A stretch of DNA of 64,000 nucleotides from Octopus vulgaris. Taxonomy: Eukaryota. The notes below the pieces were generated by a model. The model worked only from the letters and a program-made list of their open reading frames with translations. It ran no database searches and was not told the origin of the DNA. Within the stretch, counting starts at the first letter, position 1. Each line of letters begins with the position of its first letter. The stretch is from assembly GCA_951406725.2 (NCBI GenBank), contig OX597840.1, forward strand, positions 21,576,001 to 21,640,000. Reading direction: 5' to 3'. The translations under genes and the position numbers were made by a program. Positions 13,202 through 25,779 of this stretch are shown one piece after another.

Positions 13202-15064
13202 ATCTGTGAAAGAAAATTATATTTCCACATTTTGATCATCAGATAGAGCATTCCATCCTTGGTGGTGGTCAATAAAATAAGTATGAGTTCAACCATGGGG
13301 TGGGGCTCAATGGAATCAACTTACCCACTCCCTTGAAATTGCAGGCATTGTGCCAAAATTTGAAACCATCATTATTAATTACTCTGGCTGAAAACTTGTA
13401 AAGCTGAGAATAAAATCTGGAGAAGTATATCTTTATTATTTCTTTCAGTTACTCAACTGTGGCCATGCTGGATCACCACCTTGAAGGGTTTTCGTCAAAC
13501 AGATCAACCTTTATACTTCATGTATTTTTTTAAAATCTGGTGCTTATTCTATCAGTTTCTTTTGTTGAACCATTGAGTTAGAGGGATGTGAACAAACCAA
13601 CACCAGCTGGACTGACAAATGACACTGCTACACATGTGCGTTCACATACACACGGCATCGGTTGGCCCAGTGCTGTAGTAGAAGACACTAACCCAAGGTG
13701 CTGCACAGAGGGATTGAACCTGAAATCCTGCAAAGCGAACTTCTAAACCACACAGCTTTGGTTAGTCATCTTAAACCATTTCGATTAACAAAGAGAGTAA
13801 AAAAAAAGGGTGAACACACAGGAAAGACTAAAATCCCCAGAGAGACATGGGGGTGTGTCTTGTTATAGCCCCAGGTCAGCCCTGATTGAGCATCCCTGAG
13901 ATCAAAATATGAGGGGCTATCAACCATTGTTCAATGATTCTCCTTTTATATTTTATAAAAAATTAAAAAAAGCACAATTCTTGGAGGAGATTTGACTGCT
14001 ATTTCTAGCAGCGTCAACGACTGCAAAGAGGTCTTTCTGTCCCTCATTGGCTTGTATATGTCTTTGTTAGTTCTCTTTTGCAAGTACGTACACACTTGTG
14101 CACGTGCGCACACATGTACACATGTATACACTCACAGCCTTTGAACAATTCCAGTGTGTATAAATACCAGCAAAAGCACACGAGTAGCTGACAGCTGGCA
14201 AAACATCGTTAGAATAACGATTCTTTAGACATGTGGTGAAACATGTTTGATTAAATGGAAACTGGTGTAGCTGGAGTTGGTGGTATTCTTTGTGCACGTG
14301 TGTGTGTGTGTGTGTTTAATCATTGTCATCGTCATTTCTAACAACCACTTTTCGATGCTTGCATGGATCAAGTGAAATTTATTAGGGCAGGTTTTTCTGC
14401 AGCTGGATGCCCTTCCTGTTGCCAACCCTTTTCTGTTTCCAAATAAGGTAATATTTCCCAGTGACCAAACCTGTTTTTCACAGAACATTAGAAAGGAACA
14501 ACATCACTTGTATAGCAGAGACGCTAACTTACAATCATTGCATACCTAATATACACTGTGGGCTTCTTTCAGTTTCTGCCTACCAAATCCATTCATGAGA
14601 CCTTGGTCAACCCAAGGCTTTTGTAGAAGACGTTCACCCAAGGTACAACTAACAAAAACAGTTCTCCATCCAGTGAGAGATGAATATCATTTAATATCCA
14701 CATCTAATAGTTTCATGCTGTGAATACACAAGAATTTGATGGATTTGTATAAAGTGCTTTGTGTCTCCAGGTTCAGTGCTGATGGTTTGTCTTATTTGAA
14801 AACCGGGACCCTGGTCCGAGAGAACATGAGTAAAAATGAGAAGGTTCGTGCACCTAAATTTCAGTAGGGCATAATTAAGAAAAATGTTTTTAGTGCATTA
14901 AAGCCTATAATATTTGAAGCAACTAAGGTGGGGAACTGGCAGAAAGGGTAGCATCCTAGGCAGACTGCTTAGTGGCATTTCATGTCTGTCTTTATGTTCT
15001 GAGTTCCAATTCCAATAAGGTCAACTTTGCCTGTCATTCTTTAGGGGTCGATCAAATAAGTACC

Positions 15065-15297
15065 TATTTCTTTACTACCCACGAGGGGCTAAACACAGAG
15101 AGGACAAACAAGGACAGACAAATGGATTAAGTTGATTATATCGACCCCAGTGCGTAACTGGTACTTATTTAATTGACCCCGAAAGGATGAAAGGCAAAGT
15201 CGACCTTGGCGGAATTTGAACTCAGAACGTAACAGCAGACGAAGTACTGCTAAGCATTTCACCTGGCGTGCTAACGTTTCTGCCAGCTCGCCGCCTT
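15065..15297 (-). mobile_element. tRNA-derived SINE family B, full length, 15-bp TSD
   Basis: Head AAGGCGGCGAGCTGGCAGAA, B-box GAGTTCAAATTC; TSD GATCAAATAAGTACC at 15050-15064 and 15299-15313. Confidence 0.9.
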
Positions 15298-15483
15298 TGA
15301 TCAAATAAGTACCAGTTGAGTACTGGGGTTGATGTTATAAACTTACCTCCTTTTCCTGAAATTGCTGGCCTTGTGCCAAAATTTGAAACCAATATTTTGA
15401 GCAACTTTGCATATAGAGCCTAGAATAATTTTCTTTTTAAGTTCTTTTTTGGTGTGGAGGTGCAGCTTATATGCTATCAAAAA

Positions 15484-15514
<31 letters not shown>

Positions 15515-16537
15515 AACACTGATCAACTAACAGTTTGTTCACTGAAATTATAATCAAAAGACCCTGGCTCTCCTTTAGACTTAAAGAACCTGGGGTGCTA
15601 GTAGCGGAAAGAACACAATACTGTCAAAATACTGGTGTCCTAAAATCCCTAGCAGAAATGAGTCCAGTTTGGTATGAACACCCTGTTGTTGCAAAAGGAG
15701 AAGTTGTTCCCCTGTGACACACACAACAGCAATTAGCATGTTAGCATCCGAATTTGCTGGAACATGGATTGGATTGCATTGCCCTGGTTCAGTCCCCTGC
15801 TGGATGTAGGGCTCATCATGTTCCCTCCACCAGGAAACGATTTGATATTTAATTTGAGGTTTAATGAGCCTATTCTGCCACACTGGTTCCACATGGCTTG
15901 GCAGAGTGGCACAGTTTTTATACTCATACCCAGGAGTAGTCAAGTGAATTACAATCAACCCCCAGTATTCAACTGGTACTTATTTTATCAACCTTGGAAG
16001 TATAAAAGCCAAAATCAACCTCAACAGAATGGATGGAATATCGCTAAGCATTTCACCCAGCCTGCTCACAGCTCTGCCCATATGCTGCCAAGCTGGAGCA
16101 TACACAAGTCATCCTTTCTGATCTCCCTGTTCACCGTGCAAGTTACAATTTATTACATAAACCCATCACATAATTTCTTATTCAAGTTTGAGTCCCTTGA
16201 TGAGTAACCAGCACTGCAACCTGCACAGTCCACACACACACCTATACACCACACTAGCCATACTCCTTGTCATCCCTCGTACGGCCATTGACACTTTTAT
16301 AATTTATTTTTGACATGAAATATTAATAAATAGATAAGAACAGTAATTCTAACCTTGTAACATTCTAAATCGGTTGACTTTTTTCTCTTTTTTCTCCAAA
16401 CACATAAATGAAAGAGACAGAATACAAGAGGTGACTTGCAAATACACACAACAATAATAAAATACACAAATATTTTCTGCTTAGTTTTTCTCTATTTTTG
16501 TTCATTTCTTGACCATTGTTACTCACTTTCTCATATT

Positions 16538-16569
<32 letters not shown>

Positions 16570-16820
16570 TTGAATGATGAGGGTGACCCTCACACATAAG
16601 GCTGTGGTGACTTGGCAGAATCGTTACCAAGCCAGGAAAAATACTTAGCAGCATTTCTTCCAACTTTACATTCTGAGTTCAAATTCCACCAGGGTCAGCT
16701 TTGCCTTTTACCCTTTTGGGGGGGGGGGTTGATGAAATAAAGTACCAGTTGAAAATAATGCAATACACTAACCCTGTTCCTCAAAATTGCGGGCCTTGTG
16801 CCAAAATTTGAAACCAATGG

Positions 16821-16866
<46 letters not shown>

Positions 16867-17337
16867 TTAGGTGCAGTTATGGCTGTGTTGTTTGAAGCTT
16901 GCTTTCCAAGCATATGGTTTCAGATTCAGTCCCACTGCTCGGCACCTTGGGCAAGTGTCTTCTATTGTAGCTCCAGGCTTAACAAAGCCTTGACTGTGGA
17001 TATGGCATGTAGAAACTGAAAGAAGCCCCTTGTATTTGTGTGTGTGTGTTAAATATAACAAAGAATCTAGTAAAATAACTTGGTTATCATTAAGCTGGTT
17101 TTAGGATCCTAAATTGTGATTAAGGTTTTGGTGGAGGATTTTAATTCAGAACTTACAAAAACAAGACATTTTTACTGCAGAGCCAGAGTCGGTTTCAGCC
17201 AGGTTGGTAATGAAGGGGTTAAAACACTGAAGCCTGTATATAGCCTCAAACCAGCTGCAGTGCAAGTGTATCAGTGACCGGGTTGCTGTTGGTGTGATGA
17301 CACTTTTGACACCTGATTATGAATATTTAAATGATGT

Positions 17338-17381
<44 letters not shown>

Positions 17382-17932
17382 GTAGTCAAATTAAATAAAT
17401 GAACACTAAAAATAACTCTAACAACCAGAGGATGTGCACATGGCATATATTAATACATACACACAATGGGTTTCTTTCAGTGTATGTCTCCCAAATCCAC
17501 TCACATGGCTTTTGTCAGCAGTAGGGCTGAACCCACGACGGCATGGTTGGGAAGCGGGGCTTTGTAACCATACAGCCACGCCTGAAATAGACTGACCTTG
17601 ATACAAGAAATTGTGTGTGTGTGTGTGTGTGTTTTTCTCATTGTTCTGTTAAAGTGAATCTGATGTGACTGCCATGTGCCTGGATTAACTATAAACAGAT
17701 ATAATTGATTCAGACATGTGATTTAACCCAAAAACCAAAGTAGCACAAAAAAAAAGTTTTCAAAACTTTATTTATATATAATTGTGTTAATAAATAGTGT
17801 GTACACACTTTCCCATGTATTTGATTTGATTTTTCACTTCACAGGTGATTATACACACACACACACCTGCTTTTTATTCCATCACCTGTCTTCATCTTTT
17901 GTTTTCTGTAAACTTGGACTCTATATATCTAA

Positions 17933-18332
17933 TCTTTATATATAAAAGTAAGGTTGTGTGCTGTCTGTCTCCTACGATTTAGATTCCTAACTACTCCCAC
18001 ATTTTGCGGTGCAGTTTAACCAAAACCGGGTATCTTATAGTCGTGATTCATATCGAGCCCTTCTGGGTATTAGCGCGCGTCTACGATGAGTCTACGATTT
18101 AAAAAAAAATTTACCATCAATTTTTCCCATTTTTTATGCATTTTTGGCATATATAAGGGAAGTAACTCTCTAAAAATTTATTATTAAATCTCAGAACGTA
18201 AAAAGCTACAGTAACACCCCCCCCCCCTTTGTGGTTAGCCATATTGAGATGGCTATTATACTTTACATCTCTAAAAATGCTTATATAGTTATTTCCCTTA
18301 CAAACCCGAGCAACGCCGGGCGACACTGCTAG
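17933..18332 (+). mobile_element. Non-autonomous Helitron
   Basis: 5' TC (A|TCTTTATATAT), subterminal hairpin CCCGAGCAACGCCGGG, 3' CTAG|T, no TSD; second copy at 36329. Confidence 0.85.
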
Positions 18333-20411
18333 TTTTATATAAAATATTTTTTATGCTTTTAAATGTTTCCTGAGAGCGACGTAAAGTTGGATAAATTGAG
18401 TGAAGTTGGTGTTTATTTTCCCCAGTAATTTCTCTAAATAAAATAAAAGAATCACAATTAAAGGGGGAAAAAATTAAGAAAGCCTTCAGTGAAGACGTAA
18501 CCCGACATGGCATAATCTGGAGTTAGTCTGTATACCCGTATATATATATATATATATTAAGGTATCTCCTCTCCCACTGAAACTACTATCTTGCTTGCGT
18601 GACATCTGCATTGCTTTTGTTTATCAGTGTAACAACATATAAGGGTGTAGTGGTTTGAAATATTGACAGACAAAATGTTCTTCACACTCTTACAACAAGA
18701 AAGCCAAGCAAGTAAGTAAATTGAGGTGGGATTGCTGATAATAGTTAATAGCGAAATGTGCTCGCCAGCCAGTCACAGGTGGACAGGTATTAATGGAAGG
18801 AAATTAGCTGAATTAAAACTTTTGAAGTATCTCAGCTGAAATACGGTTAAGTATGTGAGAGTTGTATGACAAGCCTGTAGATATGATGATTCTATTTTTA
18901 GAGTGATCCATGACACAACTTTTATTTTAACACCGAGAAGGCAACTGGAGTCGTTGGGAAAGTCTTGGCTCGTCAAAGCATTCGAGTATAAAGAACCATA
19001 TGTCACCTTTTTGAGTGGGATTTTTGTTTTGTTTTTTCTTTTTTATCTTCCACTTGTTTCAGTCACTGGACTACGGCCATGCTGGGGCACCACATTGAAG
19101 GGTTTTAGTCAAACAAATCGACCGCAGTAGTTATGCTTCTTTCAAAGTCTGGCATTGGTCACCCCGGTGCCTTAGTAGAAGACCCTTCCCCCAAGGTTCC
19201 ACACAGTGGATCTACAACTCAAATCACAAGGTTGCAAAGCAAGCTTCCTGTGAAACATATTTTTCGATTCTCTCTCTTTTTTAAAGAAAGGTTCCGTGGT
19301 CTGATGAGGAATTTACCTGCTATTCCTAGCAGATAGCGCAAACCCGTAATGACTCATCCTGTCGGCTCATCCCTCCGTACTGTTGTTGGTTGTGGCTGAG
19401 AAGGCAAAACCTCTATTTATGCAGTTTAACCATTGAACCTACAAACCTGCCTCCATCACTACTATATATAGCTTCTTTTTTTTTTTGCTGAAAGGATTCT
19501 CCCTCCACACCCTCCAGTTTTATGCAGTTTTAATAAAGACACATGGACGGCCTCTGTAATTTCTGTGGTGATTAGGCCACAAGTGTGTCGTTGCCAGAAG
19601 TTAGTCAAGCCTCTACCGCGAGTTTCTGTCGCATACCCACCCCGTGCGGTTTTCATTGTTTGTTGAACTTCGGCCGTGTGCTGTGTCACATTTGGACTGT
19701 CACTGATTCAGCATCGTTGTTTTGATGTCCCCACTTTTCTAGGCTCACATGGCTTGCAAAGAATTTGTTGTGGCGGATTTTTAACGACCGGATGCCCTTC
19801 CTGTCACCAACCGTTGCCTGTTTCCACGTAATACTTCCCTCTTCTACTCGGTACCAGCTTTATACGTGGCACTGACATGAGTCCCTTCTTTGTGGCACCA
19901 GCTTGCACACGCAATGGGCTTTTCCAGTTTCCATCTAATATTCATCCTAAAGATGGAGAAAATTAAATGTGCTCAGAAAGTTTTGTTTCACTTCTTAATT
20001 GAATGTTCAAAGGACTTAATTTGCATTAATCATAAACAGCAGACTTTGTAACCATTATTTTCCTTTGTATATCAACGTGGCCTAGTGGTTAGAGTGTCAC
20101 ACTCTCAATCACGAGATTGTGGTTTCAATTCCCAGACCAGCTGTGCATTGTGTCCCTGAGCAAAACACTTCATTTCACATTGCTCTCAGTCCACTCAGCT
20201 GTAAATGGGTCACCTTGTGACAGATTGGCCCAGGAGGGTGAGATACTCAGGGAAGTCACTCAACTGGAGGAGGTCTTGTGAGCCACGTTGTGTATTCAGT
20301 GATTAGAAGGGTGAATACTACAGCCCATACTGCAAATCATGACTGGTCAGGATTGGTTGCTCAACCACGTCAAAGGTAGAAAATCTTATTATAATAATCC
20401 AATTTAATACC

Positions 20412-20635
20412 TATTTCTTTATTACCCACAAGGGGCTAAACACAGAGGGGACAAACAAGGACAGACAAACGGATTATGTCGATTACATCGACCCCAGTGC
20501 GTAACTGGTACTTAATTTATCGACCCCGAAAGGATGAAAGGCAAAGTCGACCTCGGCCGAATTCGAACTCACAACAGATGAAATACCGCTAAGCATTTCG
20601 TCGGCGTGCTAACAGTTCTGCCAGCTTGCCGCCTT
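20412..20635 (-). mobile_element. SINE family B, full length, 13-bp TSD
   Basis: TSD CCAATTTAATACC at 20399-20411 and 20639-20651. Confidence 0.9.
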
Positions 20636-22051
20636 TTCCCAATTTAATACCCTTTACTCTCTGCAAAAGATTCCTTTATTTTAACTTTACCTTTTTTGAT
20701 GATGCTGTCTACTGGAATCTCCTACACAAAGCATCATAGCAGGCATTCATTATTCAGCTGGTGGAAGAGTTTGGCTTCGTGGTTAAGGCATTCAGCTCAC
20801 AGTCATGACTTCAATTCCTGCTGGCTCACTGTGTCCTTCACCAAAACGCTTCATTTCACGTTGCTCCAGCCCACTCAGCTGGCAAAAAGGCATTGTACCT
20901 GTAATACTAAGGGCCAGCGTTGTCACATTTTGTGTAAGGCTGAATTTCCTTTAGAACTATGTTAAGGGCATGTTAATTAGAACTATGGTAAAGGTTAATT
21001 TCATGAGCAGTCTGTTCCATTGATTAGATTAACTGGAACCTTCCTAATCATAACAAATGGGGTTGGTGGATACTGACCTTCAAAAGAAGTCTTGAGCTTT
21101 GTGAATTGGAACAACAAAGGATAATTTGACAGGAAACTGATGTCTTTTGTATTTAAAATGGTAGAATCACTTGGTAGCAGATGTATTCTTATGATAAATA
21201 AAACTTGTCCCCTTAGGGACAACAGAAGTTTATGAAAGCATAAATAACTCTGTTGAGAAGCAGACAGAAACAACTGCAAAATAGAGAAAGCTTTAAAGGT
21301 CAACAATGTTTGGTTGTGAGACCAAGAGCCTGGTATATCTGGTTATTTCTTTCTTCAGATGTTCTTTAGAAGTGCCTTGTCCTTTAGGGTCGGTTTTGTT
21401 GGTTCTTTGGTTTGGTGGGTAGGGGTTGCTTAGATCCTTTCAGATTATTCATCATCATCATCATTTAACATCTCCTTTCATGGGTTAGATAAATTAAGAG
21501 GATCCAGCCACGGGGCTGCATCATGCTCCATGCCCACTTTGGCTTCCCTGCTAGATGCCCTTCCTAACTCCAACTGCTATACAGAATACTAATTCCATTC
21601 TAGGAATTTGCAAGAAAGGGAAGATTAAGAAAAGGGGTATTTGAGAGAGTAAGAGAGGGGATTTTATGCCAGGGGTAAGCTATCCTAAATTTATATAAGA
21701 GTGGGTGGGAGTATCTGGGAAAAGATGGTAGCAGTGGGTTACCAGAGCAAAACTCTCAAGAAGTAAGAGATGCTACAGGATATGGATGAGGAGTAGGGCA
21801 AGAACCAGATGGCATTAGGGTTGATGCCATCCAACCATGCCAAAGCAGTCACTGGGGCATGATGCAGTCTTTGGGTTCTGTGGATCCTTTTCAAACCGTC
21901 CAACCCATGCCAGAATGAAACACGGACTTTAAGCAATGATGATATATCTACATATGTGTAGTGATATATATCAGACTCTTTTTAGCTCAAGATTTTTATT
22001 ATCTTTTACAACCATTTCATATATACAAATATATATATATATATATATATA

Positions 22052-22102
<51 letters not shown>

Positions 22103-23016
22103 ATATATACTGCTGTTGAACCCCAAGTCTCTCTCTCTGTACTGGACAAACAGTAGAACAACTTGACTAGTTTCCTTCCATTATTACTAATTTACAAAGA
22201 ATATTTTACTTCGTTTAGCTCGGTTCCCTCGTTAACAAATGAGCCGATATGCAAATGAATAGAAGCAGTGCCTGTTACCAGAAATCTTGGTCCCCTTCTG
22301 CAGAACGAACAAAGTAGATGCTCTTAGTTCACAGATGATCATCATGTAAAGCTATTTGAGTGGAGCCCTCTGGTGGTGCAACTGCAGGCTCTATTTACAC
22401 AGTAAGGCTATCTGTGTGGCTGTTAATTATACACATGTAAAATTATTTACAGTTTATTCACACATGCTGTCTTACAACTTTCCTTAAATAATGTATTTAT
22501 ATTATATGTAATATGATACGTGTGTGTGTGTTTGTATACATGACTATGTATGTATATATGTGTGTGTGTGTATGTTTACTTAATTCATGTGTTTGTTTTT
22601 ATGATGTTCCCCAATTAACACTAAGTGGTGATCTTTCCATTAGTTCATTTAAGCTTGTACTTACATGCTGCCATTTCTCATTACCGAGAACTCGTGTACC
22701 AGACAACTGGTCTGTGGGACATCCTTGAGCTTCAGAGAAAACCCTTTAATTTCTGGCGTCTTCAAGATGGGACCAAGTCTTTTTGGTTCCTTTAATTCTC
22801 GTCTGGTTTCGGTGTTTTGGCCACGGCCAGCCTCGGTCAATTATATTAGTGTCTCCCCCTGCCTCGGATTTTGTCTGGCAAATATTTTATTGATTTCTGT
22901 TTATTGAACTGCTAAGCTTTTTGTAGTAAAAATAAATACTTATACTCTTGGGTATTCTTGGTTTCTGTGTCATTTAAACAAATTACACACACACACACAC
23001 ACACATATATATATTA

Positions 23017-23398
23017 TCATCATCATCATCGTTTAACGTCCGCTTTCCATGCTAGCATGGGTTGGACGATTTGACTGAGGACTGGCGAACCAGATGGCTG
23101 CACCAGGCACCAATCTTAATCTGGCAGAGTTTCTACAGCTGGATGCCCTTCCTAATGCCAACCACTCCGAGAATGTAGTGGGTACTTTTTACGTGCCACT
23201 ATACGGGGGCCTGTCAGACAGTACTGGCAATGACCTCGCTTGAATGTTTTTTCACGTGCCACCAGCACAAGTGCCAGTAAGGCAATGCTGGTAATGATCA
23301 CGCTTGAATGGTGCCTTTTACGTGTCACTGGCACAGAAGCCAGTTAGCCGCTCTGTCAACGATCACGCTTGGATGGTGCTCTTAGCACCCCACTAGCA
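23017..23398 (-). mobile_element. Retroposon family C with internal ~60-bp tandem units
   Basis: Homology to 4715-5036; repeated GATCACGCTTGAATGGTGC...ACGTGCCAC-like units. Confidence 0.75.
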
Positions 23399-23409
23399 AA
23401 GATGCCTAT

Positions 23410-23688
23410 GATCTTGATAGACATTCTGAACAGTTCCATCGGCTTTAAACTTATCTCTAATTCGAGTTATGGTAAGTCGTTTTGGTGAGTCTGTTTGAAA
23501 CTCCCTCCTAAACAGTCTGCACTTCAATTGTGTTTTCACATTTCCAGTAACGTTTTGGAATGAATTTCTTGTGCTCAAAGGTTAGTCTGACTGCCATCAT
23601 TAATTCCAATGAGTTTAATTTGGAAAGAAAAAATATCGAGTTATCAGCTGCTAAAGTGTGTATACATTTTTTTGGGACACCTTGTGTA
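23410..23688 (-). mobile_element. Tc1/mariner DNA transposon 5' fragment (TIR plus frameshifted N-terminal HTH)
   Basis: TIR-like CAAGGTGTCCCAAAAAATGTATACAC; minus frames join to RLTFEHKKFIPKRYWKCENTIEVQ/FRREFQTDSPKRLTITRIRDKFKADGTVQNV, typical of mariner-family N-termini. Confidence 0.7.
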
Positions 23689-23719
<31 letters not shown>

Positions 23720-24358
23720 CCTCATCTTCATCACTTAATGTTACTAACAAGAACATATACTGATCAATTTGCGGAAGACTCTAGATACTAATTTGAGGAT
23801 AGGAAGGTTGCTATGGAAGATTGAGACATCTAGTGTGGACGTATGGCCTTGGTTTGGGCAAATCACCAACCAGATAAATTGATGGATAAGAATACTGATT
23901 CTACTCTAATGTTACAGTCTGTGAATGCAGATTTACGTTTGAGTTTTAGAGTATTTTAATAGTTTTATAGATGCAAGTTTCATTAGTTTTTTTTTTTTTT
24001 TTTTTTTGACTATTTAGCATTCAGATTATTTTGTCAAATGTAACGGTTATTAATACATATTGTTTTGAATTAATCATGCATTATCTGATGGCTTTGAGAT
24101 TTCAATGATGTGATTGTTTATTTTCAGAATAACATTGTAGGGTAGGTGTGAGAGGCTGGATCTGGTCAATTTGAACATAAAACAAGCAGAATATTTCAGC
24201 CAATTTAAATCCTGAAGTGTTTATAGTTTTATGTAGATGAAATTGATATCATTATATTTCCAAAGTAACATATGATATTTCTGTAGTTTTTTATATAGTT
24301 CTTTGCTGTCCAGACCCTAATTCTAATTTTAATCCTTTATTTTTTTTTTAAATTCCAG

Positions 24359-24485
24359 TTTAATCATTGTCCCTATAGGCCGGTACCTGGGGATTCGAGA
24401 ACATCAGAGAAAAGTTTCACACAATCCAGTCTTAGAACAAGTTTATAGAAAAAATAAAGCCAGTATTGATGATACGCAAATGAAG
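24359..24485 (+). CDS. CerS: Ceramide synthase, first visible coding exon (start of Hox-like domain)
   Basis: ttccag| ... |gtgagt; phase 2 to 0; LIIVPIGRYLGIREHQRKVSHNPVLEQVYRKNKASIDDTQMK resembles the CerS FIAxP...PNxxLEKVF segment. Confidence 0.88.
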
Positions 24486-25672
24486 GTGAGTATAAAATAG
24501 AGTTTATTCAGGTCAATTGACCTCAATAGATGTCGTAGTGGTCAGCTGTGATATGTGGGGTTAGGCAAGTTTTAGCTTTTGGTCCATTTGTGCTCTGAAA
24601 GTGCATTGGGTTTGGTCAGCTGCTATTTTTGCACATTTGTACCAAACAATGTTGACCGTCTTCAGGTCATCTTGAAATGTCCACTGCCAAGTGATCTCTT
24701 CCCATAACCAGACATGTTTTCCCTGAAGATTGGAAATGAAGGACACCGCATGTATAACAGTGACACTCATTTACAACCATTACCATGATGTCAAGGCAAG
24801 GAGACAGTAACACTCTCATGTCCGTCCATCCAGTACCCAAGTTACAGCTTTAGCTTCATACCTATTATTATTATTAGAGCAATAGGATACATACCGACCC
24901 ATCTGGAGCAAAGTATGCTTGAACATGGATTCTTGGGGAGAGAATGCAAATCCTTTATCTGAAAGATGCTTTCCTTCAAAAAACTTGATAATAAACAAGT
25001 AACCTGTCAAATTTAACTAAATTTAAGAGAAAGAGAACATATTTATAGATGCATGACGGGGTTTCTTTCAGTTTCTCACAAGTCTTTGGTCAGCCTGTGA
25101 CTGTAATAGAAGACGCTTGTCCAAGGTGCCACACAGTGAGGCTGAACCCAGAACCACATGGTCAGGAAGCAAACTTCTTGCAACACTTGTGCCTCTATCA
25201 TCATCATCATCATCATCAAACCCATGCCTGCATGGGTTTGACAGTTTGGCAAGAGCTGGCAAGCGAGAGGGCTGCACCGTGTTCCGGTCATCTTGTTTTG
25301 GCAAGGTTTCAATGGATGGATACTCTTCCTAATGCCGACCACTTTACAGAGTGTTCTGGGTACCTTTTATGTGATGCCGTCATGGCTGCTCCTGTACACG
25401 ACACCAACACAGGTGCTTTTTTCATGGCACAAAAATTCTTCACTATTCTTCTTTCATTTAGCAAGAAATCGAGGGTGTAAGACTTCACCAAAATCCTAAT
25501 GCAGTATTAATATACACACACACCACCCGGGATGCAGACAGGGTGGCCGTGAAGTCTGGGCAGAGGCGAAAATGCTTATTTTTTCAACATGATTTTCACC
25601 ATTAGTATCCTAACTTTATAATCACCCTGCTTAATATTCTCTTTCTTTCTTTTTCTCTTTCCTTCACGGCAG

Positions 25673-25779
25673 CATCTCATCAAAGAAACATCTATGAACA
25701 GTCAACATATAAAAAAATGGATGAGGATGCGGAGACTACAAGATGCACCAAGTACAATGTTAAAGTTTCGAGAATGCAG
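25673..25779 (+). CDS. CerS: Ceramide synthase exon (Hox-like helix 2/3, start of TLC)
   Basis: ggcag| ... |gtaggg; HLIKETSMNSQHIKKWMRMRRLQDAPSTMLKFREC(S), cf. CerS IQRWFRxRRNQDxPSxLxKFxES. Confidence 0.93.

Noticed and set aside
15764-16207. 147-aa ORF as the missing CerS first exon
   Set aside because: No CerS N-terminal motif, no suitable phase-2 donor identified, and the 3' half is SINE B sequence
22114-22980. Possible solo LTR (TG...CA ends, AATAAA near the 3' end)
   Set aside because: No target-site duplication and no second copy in the window
24379-24485. Alternative acceptor ctatag| inside the first visible CerS exon
   Set aside because: Lies 20 nt downstream, which changes phase and removes the conserved LIIVP segment
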